Positions 7,851 through 17,078 of a stretch of DNA of 38,403 nt are shown piece by piece. Within the stretch, counting starts at the first letter, position 1. Every line of letters starts with the position of its first letter. The position numbers were made by a program, and so were the translations under genes. Source of the stretch: Pirellulales bacterium (GTDB lineage Bacteria > Planctomycetota > Planctomycetia > Pirellulales > PALSA-1355); NCBI GenBank assembly GCA_040901665.1, contig JBBDYK010000138.1:1-38403 (forward strand), given 5' to 3'. Below the pieces are notes generated by a model. That model ran no database searches, was not told the DNA's origin, and saw only the letters and a list, made by a program, of their open reading frames with translations.

Positions 7851-7876
7851 ACCTTAGCCGAATTGTGGGCGAGTTG
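7851..7876 (-). promoter_or_regulatory. Conserved upstream element (copy 1), gene-sense CAACTCGCCCACAATTCGGCTAAGGT
   Basis: 21 of 26 positions are identical to 32198-32223. Both copies lie 44-61 nt upstream of a minus-strand start codon in the same orientation. The element ends in a -10-like TAAGGT. Confidence 0.35.
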
Positions 7877-8048
7877 GTTAGGGGGATTCCGCTAGCACCG
7901 CGCGGAATCTTCGGCGCGCGGGGCCGCGCCATGCGCACCCGCAACGCTCACCGTGCCGCCATCGGTGCCAGAGGACCTCTCGTGATGAGGCGACAAACGC
8001 GCGCGGAACCACCCACTAGAGGCCGTACCAACGTGCGTCTCGATCGCA

Positions 8049-11000
8049 TTACGCCGGCGGATGGGGCTCGCTGACCGTTTTCGCTTCCGGCGTCGAATGG
8101 CCAGTTGCGGCATTGCCGACGCTTGGAAGCGACGTCTTGCCCTCGCCCGCCGGCCCGCCGGGCTTGCGCGCGTGCGGCCACAGCCATTCGATCGTGTAAT
8201 AGAAAACCGGCGTAAGGAACAAACCGAAGCCGGTCACACCGAGCATGCCGCTGAAGACGGCGGTACCCAGGGTGTGCCGCATTTCGGCGCCCGCGCCGCT
8301 GGCCAACACCAGCGGCACCACGCCCAGGATGAAGGCGAAGGAGGTCATGATGATCGGTCGCAAGCGGGTCTTGCAGGCCAGCACGGTGGCATCGAACGCG
8401 GAGATGCCTTCGTTCTTCTGCAGCTCGCGCGCGAATTCGACCACCAGAATCGCGTTCTTGGCGGCCAGCCCGACCAACACCACGAAGCCGACCTGCACGA
8501 AGATGTCGATCTCAAGCTTCGCCAGCGCCACGCCCGCGATCGAGCACAGCACGCACATCGGTACGACCAGGATGATCGCCAGCGGCATTGTCCAGCTTTC
8601 GTATTGCGCGGACAGCACCAGGAACACCAGAATCACGGCGCCGGCAAAAGCGAACACGGCGGTGCCGGCGGCCAGGTTTTGCATGTAGATCAGCTCCGTC
8701 CATTCCGAAGCCATGCCGGCCGCCAGGTTCTCTGTGGCCAGCTCATCCATGGTGTGGATGACCTGCCCGGAGCTGACGCCGGGCAGCCAGGCGCCGTTGA
8801 GCGCGGCGGCGCGATACATGTTGTAGCGTGTGATCAACACGGGACCGGCCGAATCGCGAATGTCGGCCACGGTGCCCAATGGAATCATGTCACCGTCAGC
8901 GTTGCGCACGCGCAGTTGCTTGACACCGGCGATGCTCATGCGATACGGCGCCTCGGCCTGCACGTTCACTTGCCAGGTGCGGCCGAACTGGTTGAAGTCG
9001 TTGACGTAGTATCCGCCCAGGTAATACTGCAGCGTGTTGAAGACGTCGTTCAGCGCGACGCCCATCATCTTGCACTTGCTGCGGTTGATGTCGACGTAGA
9101 GCTGGGGAGTATCGGCGCGGAACGTGTTGATGACGCCGACGATACCCGGCTGGGCGTTGGCTTGCTCGGCCAGGTTGTCGGCCTGGCCTTGCAGCACGTC
9201 GAGTCCGACGTCCCCACGGTCTTCAACCATTAGCTTGAAGCCGCCGGAATTGCCCAGTCCATCGACGGGCGGTGCTCCGAACACGGCCACCATCGCCTCT
9301 TCCACTTCGGCATAGGCGCGGCGCCGCAGCTTCTCGGCCACGGCGGGAGCCGATGCCTCAACCCCATGTCGATCGTGAAACGGCTGCAAGATCACGAACA
9401 TCGACGCGAAGTTCGAGCTGTTGGCGTTGAGCACGAACGACTGGCCGGGAATCGAAACCGTGTGCTCGACGCCCTCGATCTGGTGCGCGATCTTCTCGAT
9501 GCGGCTGGTGACCTCCGTCGTCCGCTCCAGCGACGACGAGTCGGGCAGTTGAATGTTGACTACCAGGTAGCCTTTATCTTGTTCCGGGATGAAGCCGCTG
9601 GGAACGCGCGTGAAACCCAGGTAGGTCAAGCCAATCAGGCCAACGTAGATCAACAGCACGATGGCGCTTAGCCGCAAGGTCCAGCCGACCAGCGCGCCAT
9701 ACAGCACAGTGGCGCGCTCGAACATCCAGTTGAATGCCTTGAACACCCCGCCGAGAAAAGCATTCACGGGCCTATAAACTAGCCACCCACCGATCGCCGC
9801 CGGCACGAAGAACAAAGCGTGTACGGCCCACGCCTTCCAACCGCCGCCAGCAATCGGCAGACCCACCAGCGGCGCCAGCAGCGGCTCGAGGAAATAGTAC
9901 GAAGCGAAGCCCGCCAACGCGGCCACGCCCCACCAGGGCAACGCTTCATGCCCTTCCATGTGGCCGCTGGCCGAGATTTTTCGGTCCCTGAAGATCACGG
10001 TCGCCCGCGCGGGGGTCATCGTCATGGCGTTGATGGCCGAGAGAATCATCGAAGCCGCGATCGTCAGCGCAAACTGGCGATAGAATCGGCCCGAGATGCC
10101 CGGAATCATGGCGCTGGGCAGGAATACCGAGCACATGACCAGCGTCATGGCGATGATCGGACCGGTGATCTCGCGCATGGCCGTGATCGTGGCTTCGCGC
10201 ACGGGCAGGCCCTTGGCCAGCCAGCGTTCGATGTTCTCGAGCACCACGATGGCGTCGTCCACCACAATGCCGATGGCCAGCACCAGGCCGAACAGCGTGA
10301 GATTGTTGAGCGTGAAGCCCAGCAAGTACATCACGGCAAAGGTGCCGACCAACGACACGCCGATATCGATCAGCGGCAGGATGACTGATTTCCAATCCTG
10401 CAGGAACAACAGGATCACGATGGCCACCAGGATCACGGCGTCGCGGAGCGTGCTGAACACCTCGGCCACGGACTCTTCGACGAAGGGCGTGGTGTCGTAG
10501 ACGATGGCGTACTCGAGTCCCTTCTGGAAGCTGGGGCTGGCTTTGAGCTCTTCCATCTTCGCGCGCACGCGATCGGCCGTTTCCAACGCGTTGGAGCCGG
10601 GAAGCTGAAAGATCGCCAGGCCGACCGACGGCTTGCCGTCCAACAGGCAGCGGACATCCTGATTCTTGGCTCCCAGTTCGCTGCGGGCGACGTCCTTGAG
10701 CCGGACCAACTCTCCCAGTTCGCCCGACTTGACCACGATGTCGGCGAACTGCTCGGGATCGCGCAGTCGCCCGAGCGTGGTCATCGTGTATTGAAAGTCG
10801 AGTCCGGCAGGTATGGGCGGTTGGCCGAGTTGCCCAGCGGCGACCTGCACGTTCTGCTCGCGCAGTGAACGGACGACGTCATCGGCCGTGAGATTTCGCG
10901 AAGCAAGCCGATTCGGATCGAGCCACACGCGCATGCTGTAGTCTTGTTGCCCTAACAGCGAGACGTCGCCGACGCCGTCGAGCCGGGCCAATTCGTCGCG

Positions 11001-11504
11001 CACCTGAATTGTGGCGTAGTTCGAGAGAAAAAGCTGATCGAAGTATGGCTTCTTCGTGCTCGGATTCTCGTCGGAGTACAAATTCACCACCAGCAGGATG
11101 CTGGGAGAGCGCTTCTTGACGATCACGCCCGTGGCTTTGACCACGTCAGGCAGCGTGGGCATGGCCTGCGAGACGCGGTTTTGCACCAGCACCTGGGCCA
11201 TGTCGAGGCTCGTGCCCAGTTTGAACGTCACGGTCAGATTGTAGGTGCCGTCGTTGGCGCATTGCGACGACATGTACATCATGCCTTCCACGCCGTTGAC
11301 TTGCTGCTCGATGGGTGCGGCCACGGTGTCGGCCACCACCACGGCGCTGGCGCCCGAATATTGGCAAGTGACTTGCACCGTGGGGGGCGTGATCTCGGGA
11401 TACTGCGCAATCGGCAACACGTAGACGGACGCCAGCCCGGCAAACACGATGACGATCGAAATGACCCAGGCGAGGATCGGGCGATCGATGAAGAACCGGG
11501 CCAT
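8049..11504 (-). CDS. RND (AcrB/HAE1-type) efflux transporter permease
   Basis: 1151 aa. N-terminus MARFFIDRPILAWVISIVIVFAGL, with the typical alternation of large periplasmic loops and TM bundles and conserved RND stretches (VLAIGIVVDDAIVVLENIER, AKNAILVVEFA). Confidence 0.95.
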   Translation of the reverse strand: MARFFIDRPILAWVISIVIVFAGLASVYVLPIAQYPEITPPTVQVTCQYSGASAVVVADTVAAPIEQQVNGVEGMMYMSSQCANDGTYNLTVTFKLGTSLDMAQVLVQNRVSQAMPTLPDVVKATGVIVKKRSPSILLVVNLYSDENPSTKKPYFDQLFLSNYATIQVRDELARLDGVGDVSLLGQQDYSMRVWLDPNRLASRNLTADDVVRSLREQNVQVAAGQLGQPPIPAGLDFQYTMTTLGRLRDPEQFADIVVKSGELGELVRLKDVARSELGAKNQDVRCLLDGKPSVGLAIFQLPGSNALETADRVRAKMEELKASPSFQKGLEYAIVYDTTPFVEESVAEVFSTLRDAVILVAIVILLFLQDWKSVILPLIDIGVSLVGTFAVMYLLGFTLNNLTLFGLVLAIGIVVDDAIVVLENIERWLAKGLPVREATITAMREITGPIIAMTLVMCSVFLPSAMIPGISGRFYRQFALTIAASMILSAINAMTMTPARATVIFRDRKISASGHMEGHEALPWWGVAALAGFASYYFLEPLLAPLVGLPIAGGGWKAWAVHALFFVPAAIGGWLVYRPVNAFLGGVFKAFNWMFERATVLYGALVGWTLRLSAIVLLIYVGLIGLTYLGFTRVPSGFIPEQDKGYLVVNIQLPDSSSLERTTEVTSRIEKIAHQIEGVEHTVSIPGQSFVLNANSSNFASMFVILQPFHDRHGVEASAPAVAEKLRRRAYAEVEEAMVAVFGAPPVDGLGNSGGFKLMVEDRGDVGLDVLQGQADNLAEQANAQPGIVGVINTFRADTPQLYVDINRSKCKMMGVALNDVFNTLQYYLGGYYVNDFNQFGRTWQVNVQAEAPYRMSIAGVKQLRVRNADGDMIPLGTVADIRDSAGPVLITRYNMYRAAALNGAWLPGVSSGQVIHTMDELATENLAAGMASEWTELIYMQNLAAGTAVFAFAGAVILVFLVLSAQYESWTMPLAIILVVPMCVLCSIAGVALAKLEIDIFVQVGFVVLVGLAAKNAILVVEFARELQKNEGISAFDATVLACKTRLRPIIMTSFAFILGVVPLVLASGAGAEMRHTLGTAVFSGMLGVTGFGLFLTPVFYYTIEWLWPHARKPGGPAGEGKTSLPSVGNAATGHSTPEAKTVSEPHPPA

Positions 11505-11537
11505 GTCGAACCGCTCTTTTCGGAGAATTGCCCGAGG

Positions 11538-12800
11538 TTATTTCGCCGTGGCGGCAGGCGGCGCGGTTACGGGCGCAGCCGCCGGGGCCGGATCGGCTGC
11601 GGCCGGCGACGCGCTGGTCGGTTCGGCAGACCGCGGTTCGTCCGTCGTCATCTCGCCTGGTTGCGGGTCGACCACCATGCGATCGCGCACGCGCTGCAAA
11701 CCATTGATGATGATGCGCTCGTTCGTTTGGAGCCCGGCCGTGATTTCGCGGAGGTGTCCGCGCAGCAGGCCAACTTGCACGGTACGTTCGATAGCTTCGT
11801 TCTTCTCGTTGACGACATAGACGTATTTCCGGCCCTGGCTCGACGCGATCGCCCGTTCGAGCACCATCAGCGCCGGGTGGGGCTTGCCGAGCGGCATTTC
11901 AATGCGGGCGTGCAGGCCGGGTGAGAGCGCGCCGTTCTGGTTCGAAAACACCGCGCGGATCTTGAGCGTGCCGGTTTTGGGGTCGATGCGGTTGTCGACG
12001 AAGTCGACGGTGCCGTCGTAGGGATATCCCGAGTCGATGTCCAGACCCAGGTGAACGATCGGCGCCACTTCCTGGCGCGGCGCCAGTTCGTGCTCGCGAA
12101 TCATCTTTTGCACGCGCAGCACGGTCGGCTCGTCGACGTCGAAGTAGGCGTAGATTGGCGCAATCGAGACGATCGTGGTCAACAACGTCTCGTTGGCGAT
12201 CACCAGGTTGCCCTCGGTGACCAACGTGCGACTGATGCGCCCGTCGATCGGCGACTCGATGGCGCAGAAGTGCAGGTTCAGGTTGGCTGTCTCGACCAAC
12301 GCCTCCTTGGCCTGGACGTCGGCCAATGCCTGCGCACGTTCTCCCGCAATGCGGTCGTACTCTTCCTGCGAAATGGTGCGCATGGGGAGCAGTTTTTCGG
12401 CGCGGGCAAAGTCGGCGTTGATGCGCTTGACTTGCGCCTCCACGCGGGCCAGCTCGCCTTTGGCCTGAGCCAACTCGGCCTGATAGGGCCGCGGGTCGAT
12501 GACAAACAGCCGGTCGCCCTGCTTCAAGTCCTGGCCGTCCTTGAAATAAACCTTGCTCAGATAGCCGGTGGCCCGCGCCCGCACGTCGACGGTGGAGACG
12601 GCGGCCGTGTATCCCTCATAGAAATAGTCGTCGACGACTTGCTGTTCGACGGGAGCGGCTACGGTGACACGCGGTGCAATCGCAACGGGCATTTGCGCCG
12701 CCGATTGGCCGCAGCCGGTATTGGCAAGGCAGACGACGACGGTGAGCAACAAAGCCAACGAAGAGCGGCGAGCGTGTTGCGTGATGGGGTCGGCAAGCAT
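11538..12800 (-). CDS. Efflux RND periplasmic adaptor (membrane fusion protein), probable lipoprotein
   Basis: 33 nt upstream of the RND gene. HlyD/MFP-like coiled-coil and beta-barrel sequence (YQAELAQAKGELARVEAQ...). From the ATG at 12798-12800 the N-terminus has a basic region, a hydrophobic region and a weak lipobox-like LANTGC. The C-terminal tail is Pro/Ala-rich. Confidence 0.9.
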   Translation of the reverse strand: MLADPITQHARRSSLALLLTVVVCLANTGCGQSAAQMPVAIAPRVTVAAPVEQQVVDDYFYEGYTAAVSTVDVRARATGYLSKVYFKDGQDLKQGDRLFVIDPRPYQAELAQAKGELARVEAQVKRINADFARAEKLLPMRTISQEEYDRIAGERAQALADVQAKEALVETANLNLHFCAIESPIDGRISRTLVTEGNLVIANETLLTTIVSIAPIYAYFDVDEPTVLRVQKMIREHELAPRQEVAPIVHLGLDIDSGYPYDGTVDFVDNRIDPKTGTLKIRAVFSNQNGALSPGLHARIEMPLGKPHPALMVLERAIASSQGRKYVYVVNEKNEAIERTVQVGLLRGHLREITAGLQTNERIIINGLQRVRDRMVVDPQPGEMTTDEPRSAEPTSASPAAADPAPAAAPVTAPPAATAK

Positions 12801-12938
12801 GGTGACACGTCCGTACGACAGGCTTTGCGACCGCCGAGTTGACCCGTTCACTGTGGGCGGAAATGCGGTAGCGACGGTCGCCAAAATCTGCAATTCCAGG
12901 ATAACCGACAGCGCGCATGGCCGCGGCGCGCACTGATC

Positions 12939-12958
12939 CTGGAAAGGTTAGCACGCGG
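12939..12958 (-). promoter_or_regulatory. Conserved upstream element (copy 1), gene-sense CCGCGTGCTAACCTTTCCAG
   Basis: 18 of 20 positions are identical to 17059-17078. It lies about 140 nt upstream of the adaptor start codon and contains a TGn-TAACCT extended -10-like core. Confidence 0.3.
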
Positions 12959-13059
12959 TGCGCGATTCGCAAGCCATTGTGCCACCGGTGCTTGGCGACA
13001 TCGGCGCTGGTGGATGGATGGTTCGCGCGGCCTTGCGGTCGCAGGCGCCGCAGGAGGTG

Positions 13060-13935
13060 CTATTTCGCCTTGGCCGCTTCGACGTCGGCTTTGGCCTTGG
13101 CTTCTTGTGCGGCGGAAAGTTCCGGGTTGGGAGTGGCGTCGCCCGGTTCGTGGCCCAGGATCCATTTGACGCCGCCCAGCAGCGATTCCATGTACTTGGG
13201 ATTCGTCCAGACGTCCTCGCGATGGCCCAGGCTCATGTGCAACACTTTGCCGTCGCCGTATTGCTTGACCCAAGCGATGGGCACGTGATACGGCTCTTTC
13301 AATTCCGTCTTGGCCATGTTCAGGCTCATCAGCACGCGCACCTTCTCGGGCTGCCAATGCTTGAAGCGATAAATCTCGTCGGTGATCTCGAACTCCTCGC
13401 CCCACGGCTTGCTCACCGGGTGCGCCGGATCGTGAACGGTGACCGTGACCGTCTGGTTCGATCCCCACGGGTGGCCGTTGAACGTGCCGCCGAGCATTTC
13501 CCAATAGGGCTCATACTCGTGATAGGTGTCGGCCGCTGAGTGCGCGCCGATGAAACCGTGCCCCTTCTTCTTGACCCATTCGTCGAACAGGTAGTCGCGC
13601 ACTTCGGGCGCGATCGGCAGGTCACCGGTCGTGTAGAACATTACAATGTCATAGTTGTCCAACTGTTCCTTGGTGATCGAGCCGGCATCTTGCGTGCAAT
13701 CGACGCGGAACAAGTTGCTGGAGATGCCCAAGTCGGTCATGGCCCGTTCGGCCGGCGAGAGTTGATCCTCCTTTCGCGTGACTGATCCGTGCTGAAAGCC
13801 AGCGCTCTGCGAGACGAACAGCATCCGGGCGTTTTGCTTCGGAGCGTCCTCGGCCCGCGTTACATCAGCCAGCGAACACGACAGGCTAACTGCCAGCAAA
13901 CCAGCGCAACACCAAAACACACGGCGGTCGATCAC
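13060..13935 (-). CDS. Exported ThuA-like (trehalose-utilisation domain) protein
   Basis: GTG start at 13933-13935 preceded by GAGGAG with an 8-nt spacer. Signal-like N-terminus (VFWCCAGLLAVSLSCSLA). ThuA-type sequence (MLFVSQSAGFQHGS..., FIGAHSAADTY, FNGHPWG). Lys/Ala-rich C-terminal tail. Confidence 0.8.
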   Translation of the reverse strand: MIDRRVFWCCAGLLAVSLSCSLADVTRAEDAPKQNARMLFVSQSAGFQHGSVTRKEDQLSPAERAMTDLGISSNLFRVDCTQDAGSITKEQLDNYDIVMFYTTGDLPIAPEVRDYLFDEWVKKKGHGFIGAHSAADTYHEYEPYWEMLGGTFNGHPWGSNQTVTVTVHDPAHPVSKPWGEEFEITDEIYRFKHWQPEKVRVLMSLNMAKTELKEPYHVPIAWVKQYGDGKVLHMSLGHREDVWTNPKYMESLLGGVKWILGHEPGDATPNPELSAAQEAKAKADVEAAKAK

Positions 13936-14150
13936 GGCGGGAGCTCCTCAGGGTAGGTAACGCGGGGGATGTAGCGGCTTGCCCCTCATTCAAGCATGCG
14001 GCGGGGGGACTTGCAACTAAGGGCGGCCGCGCTCGAAGTCCCTGTGAACGGCCGCAACGGACGCTGGCCAGCGCGGAAACCACCAGCGAGCGGGCAATCC
14101 GGAAGCGAAACATCGGTGGTCGGACAGTGGCGGGCCCCGGCCGTCCCGCT

Positions 14151-16865
14151 TCAGGCGCTTTCGCGCTTGTTGCGGATACGGGGGAGATTGGCCGAGGGCG
14201 GCTCGGCGTCGTCGGATTCTGCCGCGTCCTCGTCGCCTTCGTCGTCCTCAAACTCCTCGTTGTCGTCCTCCGCTTCATACCCCTCGGCATCTTCCTCGCC
14301 GAAGGGTGCGTCTTCCAGCTCGTCCGTTTCGTACTCTTCGGGCTCTTCCAGTTCCCCGTCGAGCTCTCCATCGTCAACGTCTTCGATGTGCCGCTGCGAG
14401 CGGGGCGCCATGGTGAGCACGCGGTGCGAGCCGCGGGGCTTGGCCGGCGCTTCCGGCGGCGCCGTCGCGCTGGCTCCGCCGCCGCCTTGCATCTCGTTCC
14501 ATTGGTCGATGGTGATCAGCACCTCGCGGGCCTGAGAGCCGTTGTACTCTCCGACGATGCCGTCTTCGGCCATATAGTCGATCAGCCTCGCAGCGCGGCC
14601 GTAGCCGATGCCCAAGGCGCGCTGCAACAGCGACACGCTGCCGCGCCCCTCGCGCACCACGACGTCGACGGCGCCGTCGTACAGCTCGTCGCGGTTCGAC
14701 GACTTGGCGGCGCCACCCGTGGCGCCCTCTTCTCGGTCGGGCGCCTTGAGTTGCACCAATTCCTTGACGAACTGCTGTTCGGTCTCGCCGCAGACATCGA
14801 CCACGGCATTGATCTCGTCGTCGGTCACGTAGGTGCCCTGGCCACGCAAAAGCGTGCTGGTGCCAGGCCACAGGAACAACATGTCGCCGTTGCCCAGCAG
14901 CTTGTCGGCGCCCATTTCGTCGAGCACCACGCGGCTGTCCGTGCGGCTGGCCACCTGGAACGCGATGCGCGCCGGCAGGTTCGACTTGATGAGGCCGGTA
15001 ATGACGTCCACCGTGGGCTTTTGCGTGGCCAGCACCAGGTGGATGCCGACGGCGCGGCTTTTCTGCGCCAGACGAATAATGTGCTGCTCGACTTCCTTGG
15101 CCGAGGTCATCATCAAATCCGCCATTTCGTCCGCCACGATCACGATGTACGGCAGGCTGGTGGGAATCGCCCGGCGCTGCTCGTCGTCCTCGGGCTGAAG
15201 GCGGTCCATCAGTTCTTCATCGCCCAACTGGTTGTACGAGCTGATATGCCGCACGCCGGCACGAGCCAACAGCGAATAGCGCTCTTCCATCTTCTCCACG
15301 GCCCAGGCCAGAATGGCCTCGGCCTTCCGCATGTCGGTCACCACCGGGTGCATCAAGTGGGGCAGCTTCTTGTAGGGACTGAGCTCGACCATCTTGGGGT
15401 CGATCATCAGCATCCGCACCTCGTCGGGCCGGCGTGTCATCAACATCGACACGATGATCGAGTTGAGACAAACGCTCTTGCCCGTGCCGGTGCGGCCGGC
15501 GATGAGCAAGTGCGGCAACGTGGCCAGGTCGGCGACCATCGGCTTGCCCGAGACGTCCTTGCCCAGGTAAAGCGGAATCTTCATCTTCTGGGCGCGGCCG
15601 TTGGCTTCCTCGATCACCTCGCGGATGCGCACCAGGTGGCGCTCGGAGTTGGGCACTTCGATGCCCACGGTGTTTTTACCGGGAATGGGCGCGACAATGC
15701 GCACGCTGGGGACGCGCAGGGCGATGGCCAGGTCGTCGGCCAGGCTGGTGATCTTCGACAGCCGCAGGCCGGCTTCCAACTCGACTTCGAATTGCGCGAT
15801 CACGGGGCCAGTTTCGATTTCGACCACTTTCACGCGGAAGCCGAAATCCAAAAACGTCTTCTCCAGGATCTTGGCCTGGCGGCGGACTTCCTTCTCGTGC
15901 TCTTCGTACGAAATCTCCTCGCCTTCCAGCAGCAAGTCGAGCGATGGCAGCACATAGTCGTGCGTGTCGTCGGTGCGGCTGGCCGCGTCGAGTTGGGTCA
16001 TCACCTCGTCGCGCTCGCTCTTCTTGGGCCGCTTGAGGCGCGGGCCGGCAGGAAGCGTTGCGGCGGCAGGCGCCTGCGTTGCGGGCGATTGCGCAGCCTC
16101 GTTCGGATCCTCATCCTGCTCGTCGGCCTCGACTTCCTCGTCGGATTCGTCCTCGATCACTTCGTCCGCGAGGCGCAATGATTTGCTGGACTTGCCGCTA
16201 ATCTTGATCGTGGGGGCGCACTCGTCGTCCTCGGCGTCGATCGTGTCGTCCAAATCGGTCCGCCGCGCAGGCTTGGCCTTGACGTTGGCATCGGCGCGCG
16301 ACACTTGCAGCCGAACCATCCGCCACGTGCGTAGCGGCGCCATGAGCAGCAACCCCAACAGCCGCGGCAAGGTGTATTCGGTACACAGCAACAATCCGCC
16401 GACGAGCACGCTCACGGTGAGCAAGTAGGCGCCGACGCTGGCGAAGTGCATTTCCAAAAACGCGCGGCCGGCGGCGCCCAAATAGCCGCCCGGTCCGATG
16501 ACCGGTCCTGGCGACCAGGAAAGGGAAAGAGATGCCAGCGTGCTCAAGCCGACTAGCGACATCAACCAGCCAAAGCCGCGCAGGAAGCGGTCGGAGACGG
16601 GCCGCCGCACCAAGAGCCAGGCATCCAGCACGCTGATCGACACCAGCAAGTAAAACGCGCCGACGCCGAAGCCCTGAAGCATCAGGTCGGCCGCCAAGGC
16701 GCCCGAGCGCCCACAGGCGTTGTGCGTCTTGACCGGCGCGGGATATTCCAGCACGTCGAGCGAGTCGGCCGGGCTGTAGGTGAACAGCGCCAAGCCGAGA
16801 AAAATCGACAGCGCAAACAGGGCCAGCGCGGCCAGGTCGAGTTTGAGACTCCGTGATTCGAGCAT
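14151..16865 (-). CDS. ftsK: DNA translocase FtsK
   Basis: N-terminal TM segments, an acidic/Pro-rich linker, motor domain with Walker A GRTGTGKS and Walker B IVIVADEMADLM, and gamma winged-helix (SVSLLQRALGIGYGRAARLIDYMAEDGIV). The ATG at 16863-16865 is preferred because third-position GC drops in the 58 codons upstream of it. The alternative ATG at 17039 cannot be excluded. Confidence 0.95.
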   Translation of the reverse strand: MLESRSLKLDLAALALFALSIFLGLALFTYSPADSLDVLEYPAPVKTHNACGRSGALAADLMLQGFGVGAFYLLVSISVLDAWLLVRRPVSDRFLRGFGWLMSLVGLSTLASLSLSWSPGPVIGPGGYLGAAGRAFLEMHFASVGAYLLTVSVLVGGLLLCTEYTLPRLLGLLLMAPLRTWRMVRLQVSRADANVKAKPARRTDLDDTIDAEDDECAPTIKISGKSSKSLRLADEVIEDESDEEVEADEQDEDPNEAAQSPATQAPAAATLPAGPRLKRPKKSERDEVMTQLDAASRTDDTHDYVLPSLDLLLEGEEISYEEHEKEVRRQAKILEKTFLDFGFRVKVVEIETGPVIAQFEVELEAGLRLSKITSLADDLAIALRVPSVRIVAPIPGKNTVGIEVPNSERHLVRIREVIEEANGRAQKMKIPLYLGKDVSGKPMVADLATLPHLLIAGRTGTGKSVCLNSIIVSMLMTRRPDEVRMLMIDPKMVELSPYKKLPHLMHPVVTDMRKAEAILAWAVEKMEERYSLLARAGVRHISSYNQLGDEELMDRLQPEDDEQRRAIPTSLPYIVIVADEMADLMMTSAKEVEQHIIRLAQKSRAVGIHLVLATQKPTVDVITGLIKSNLPARIAFQVASRTDSRVVLDEMGADKLLGNGDMLFLWPGTSTLLRGQGTYVTDDEINAVVDVCGETEQQFVKELVQLKAPDREEGATGGAAKSSNRDELYDGAVDVVVREGRGSVSLLQRALGIGYGRAARLIDYMAEDGIVGEYNGSQAREVLITIDQWNEMQGGGGASATAPPEAPAKPRGSHRVLTMAPRSQRHIEDVDDGELDGELEEPEEYETDELEDAPFGEEDAEGYEAEDDNEEFEDDEGDEDAAESDDAEPPSANLPRIRNKRESA

Positions 16866-17058
16866 ACGCGCGACTGCGTGTTCTAACGCCGCCGGGCCAT
16901 CGTGGCTCGGCCGGCACTCGCGGTTCAGGGCGCGTCCTTGCCCGTCGGTTCTTCGTCGTCCAGAGACGCGTGTTCGGGGTTGGCTGCCGCCGGGCAGGAT
17001 CGTCCTGCACCATTGCGGCTCGAACTTGGTGGGTTGCATGCGCCTGGTGGTTCTTCCA

Positions 17059-17078
17059 CTGGGAAGTTTAGCACGCGG
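17059..17078 (-). promoter_or_regulatory. Conserved upstream element (copy 2), gene-sense CCGCGTGCTAAACTTCCCAG
   Basis: 18 of 20 positions are identical to 12939-12958. It lies upstream of ftsK and contains a TGn-TAAACT extended -10-like core. Confidence 0.3.

Noticed and set aside
7885-7909. Inverted repeat GATTCCGC-9 nt-GCGGAATC between the RND gene and the desaturase
   Set aside because: It has only an 8-bp stem and no T-tract on either strand. It may belong to the phased-repeat region upstream of the desaturase. It is not distinctive enough to call separately.
14127-16181. 684-aa ORF on the plus strand
   Set aside because: It is fully antisense to ftsK. The translation is Arg/Ala/Gly/His-rich with no motifs, the usual stop-free antisense frame of GC-rich coding DNA.
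16866-17039. 58-codon N-terminal extension of ftsK
   Set aside because: It is not firmly rejected. Third-position GC is visibly lower than in the downstream coding sequence, it uses rare CGA/AGA/GGA codons, and the peptide is R-rich. I therefore prefer the ATG at 16865.
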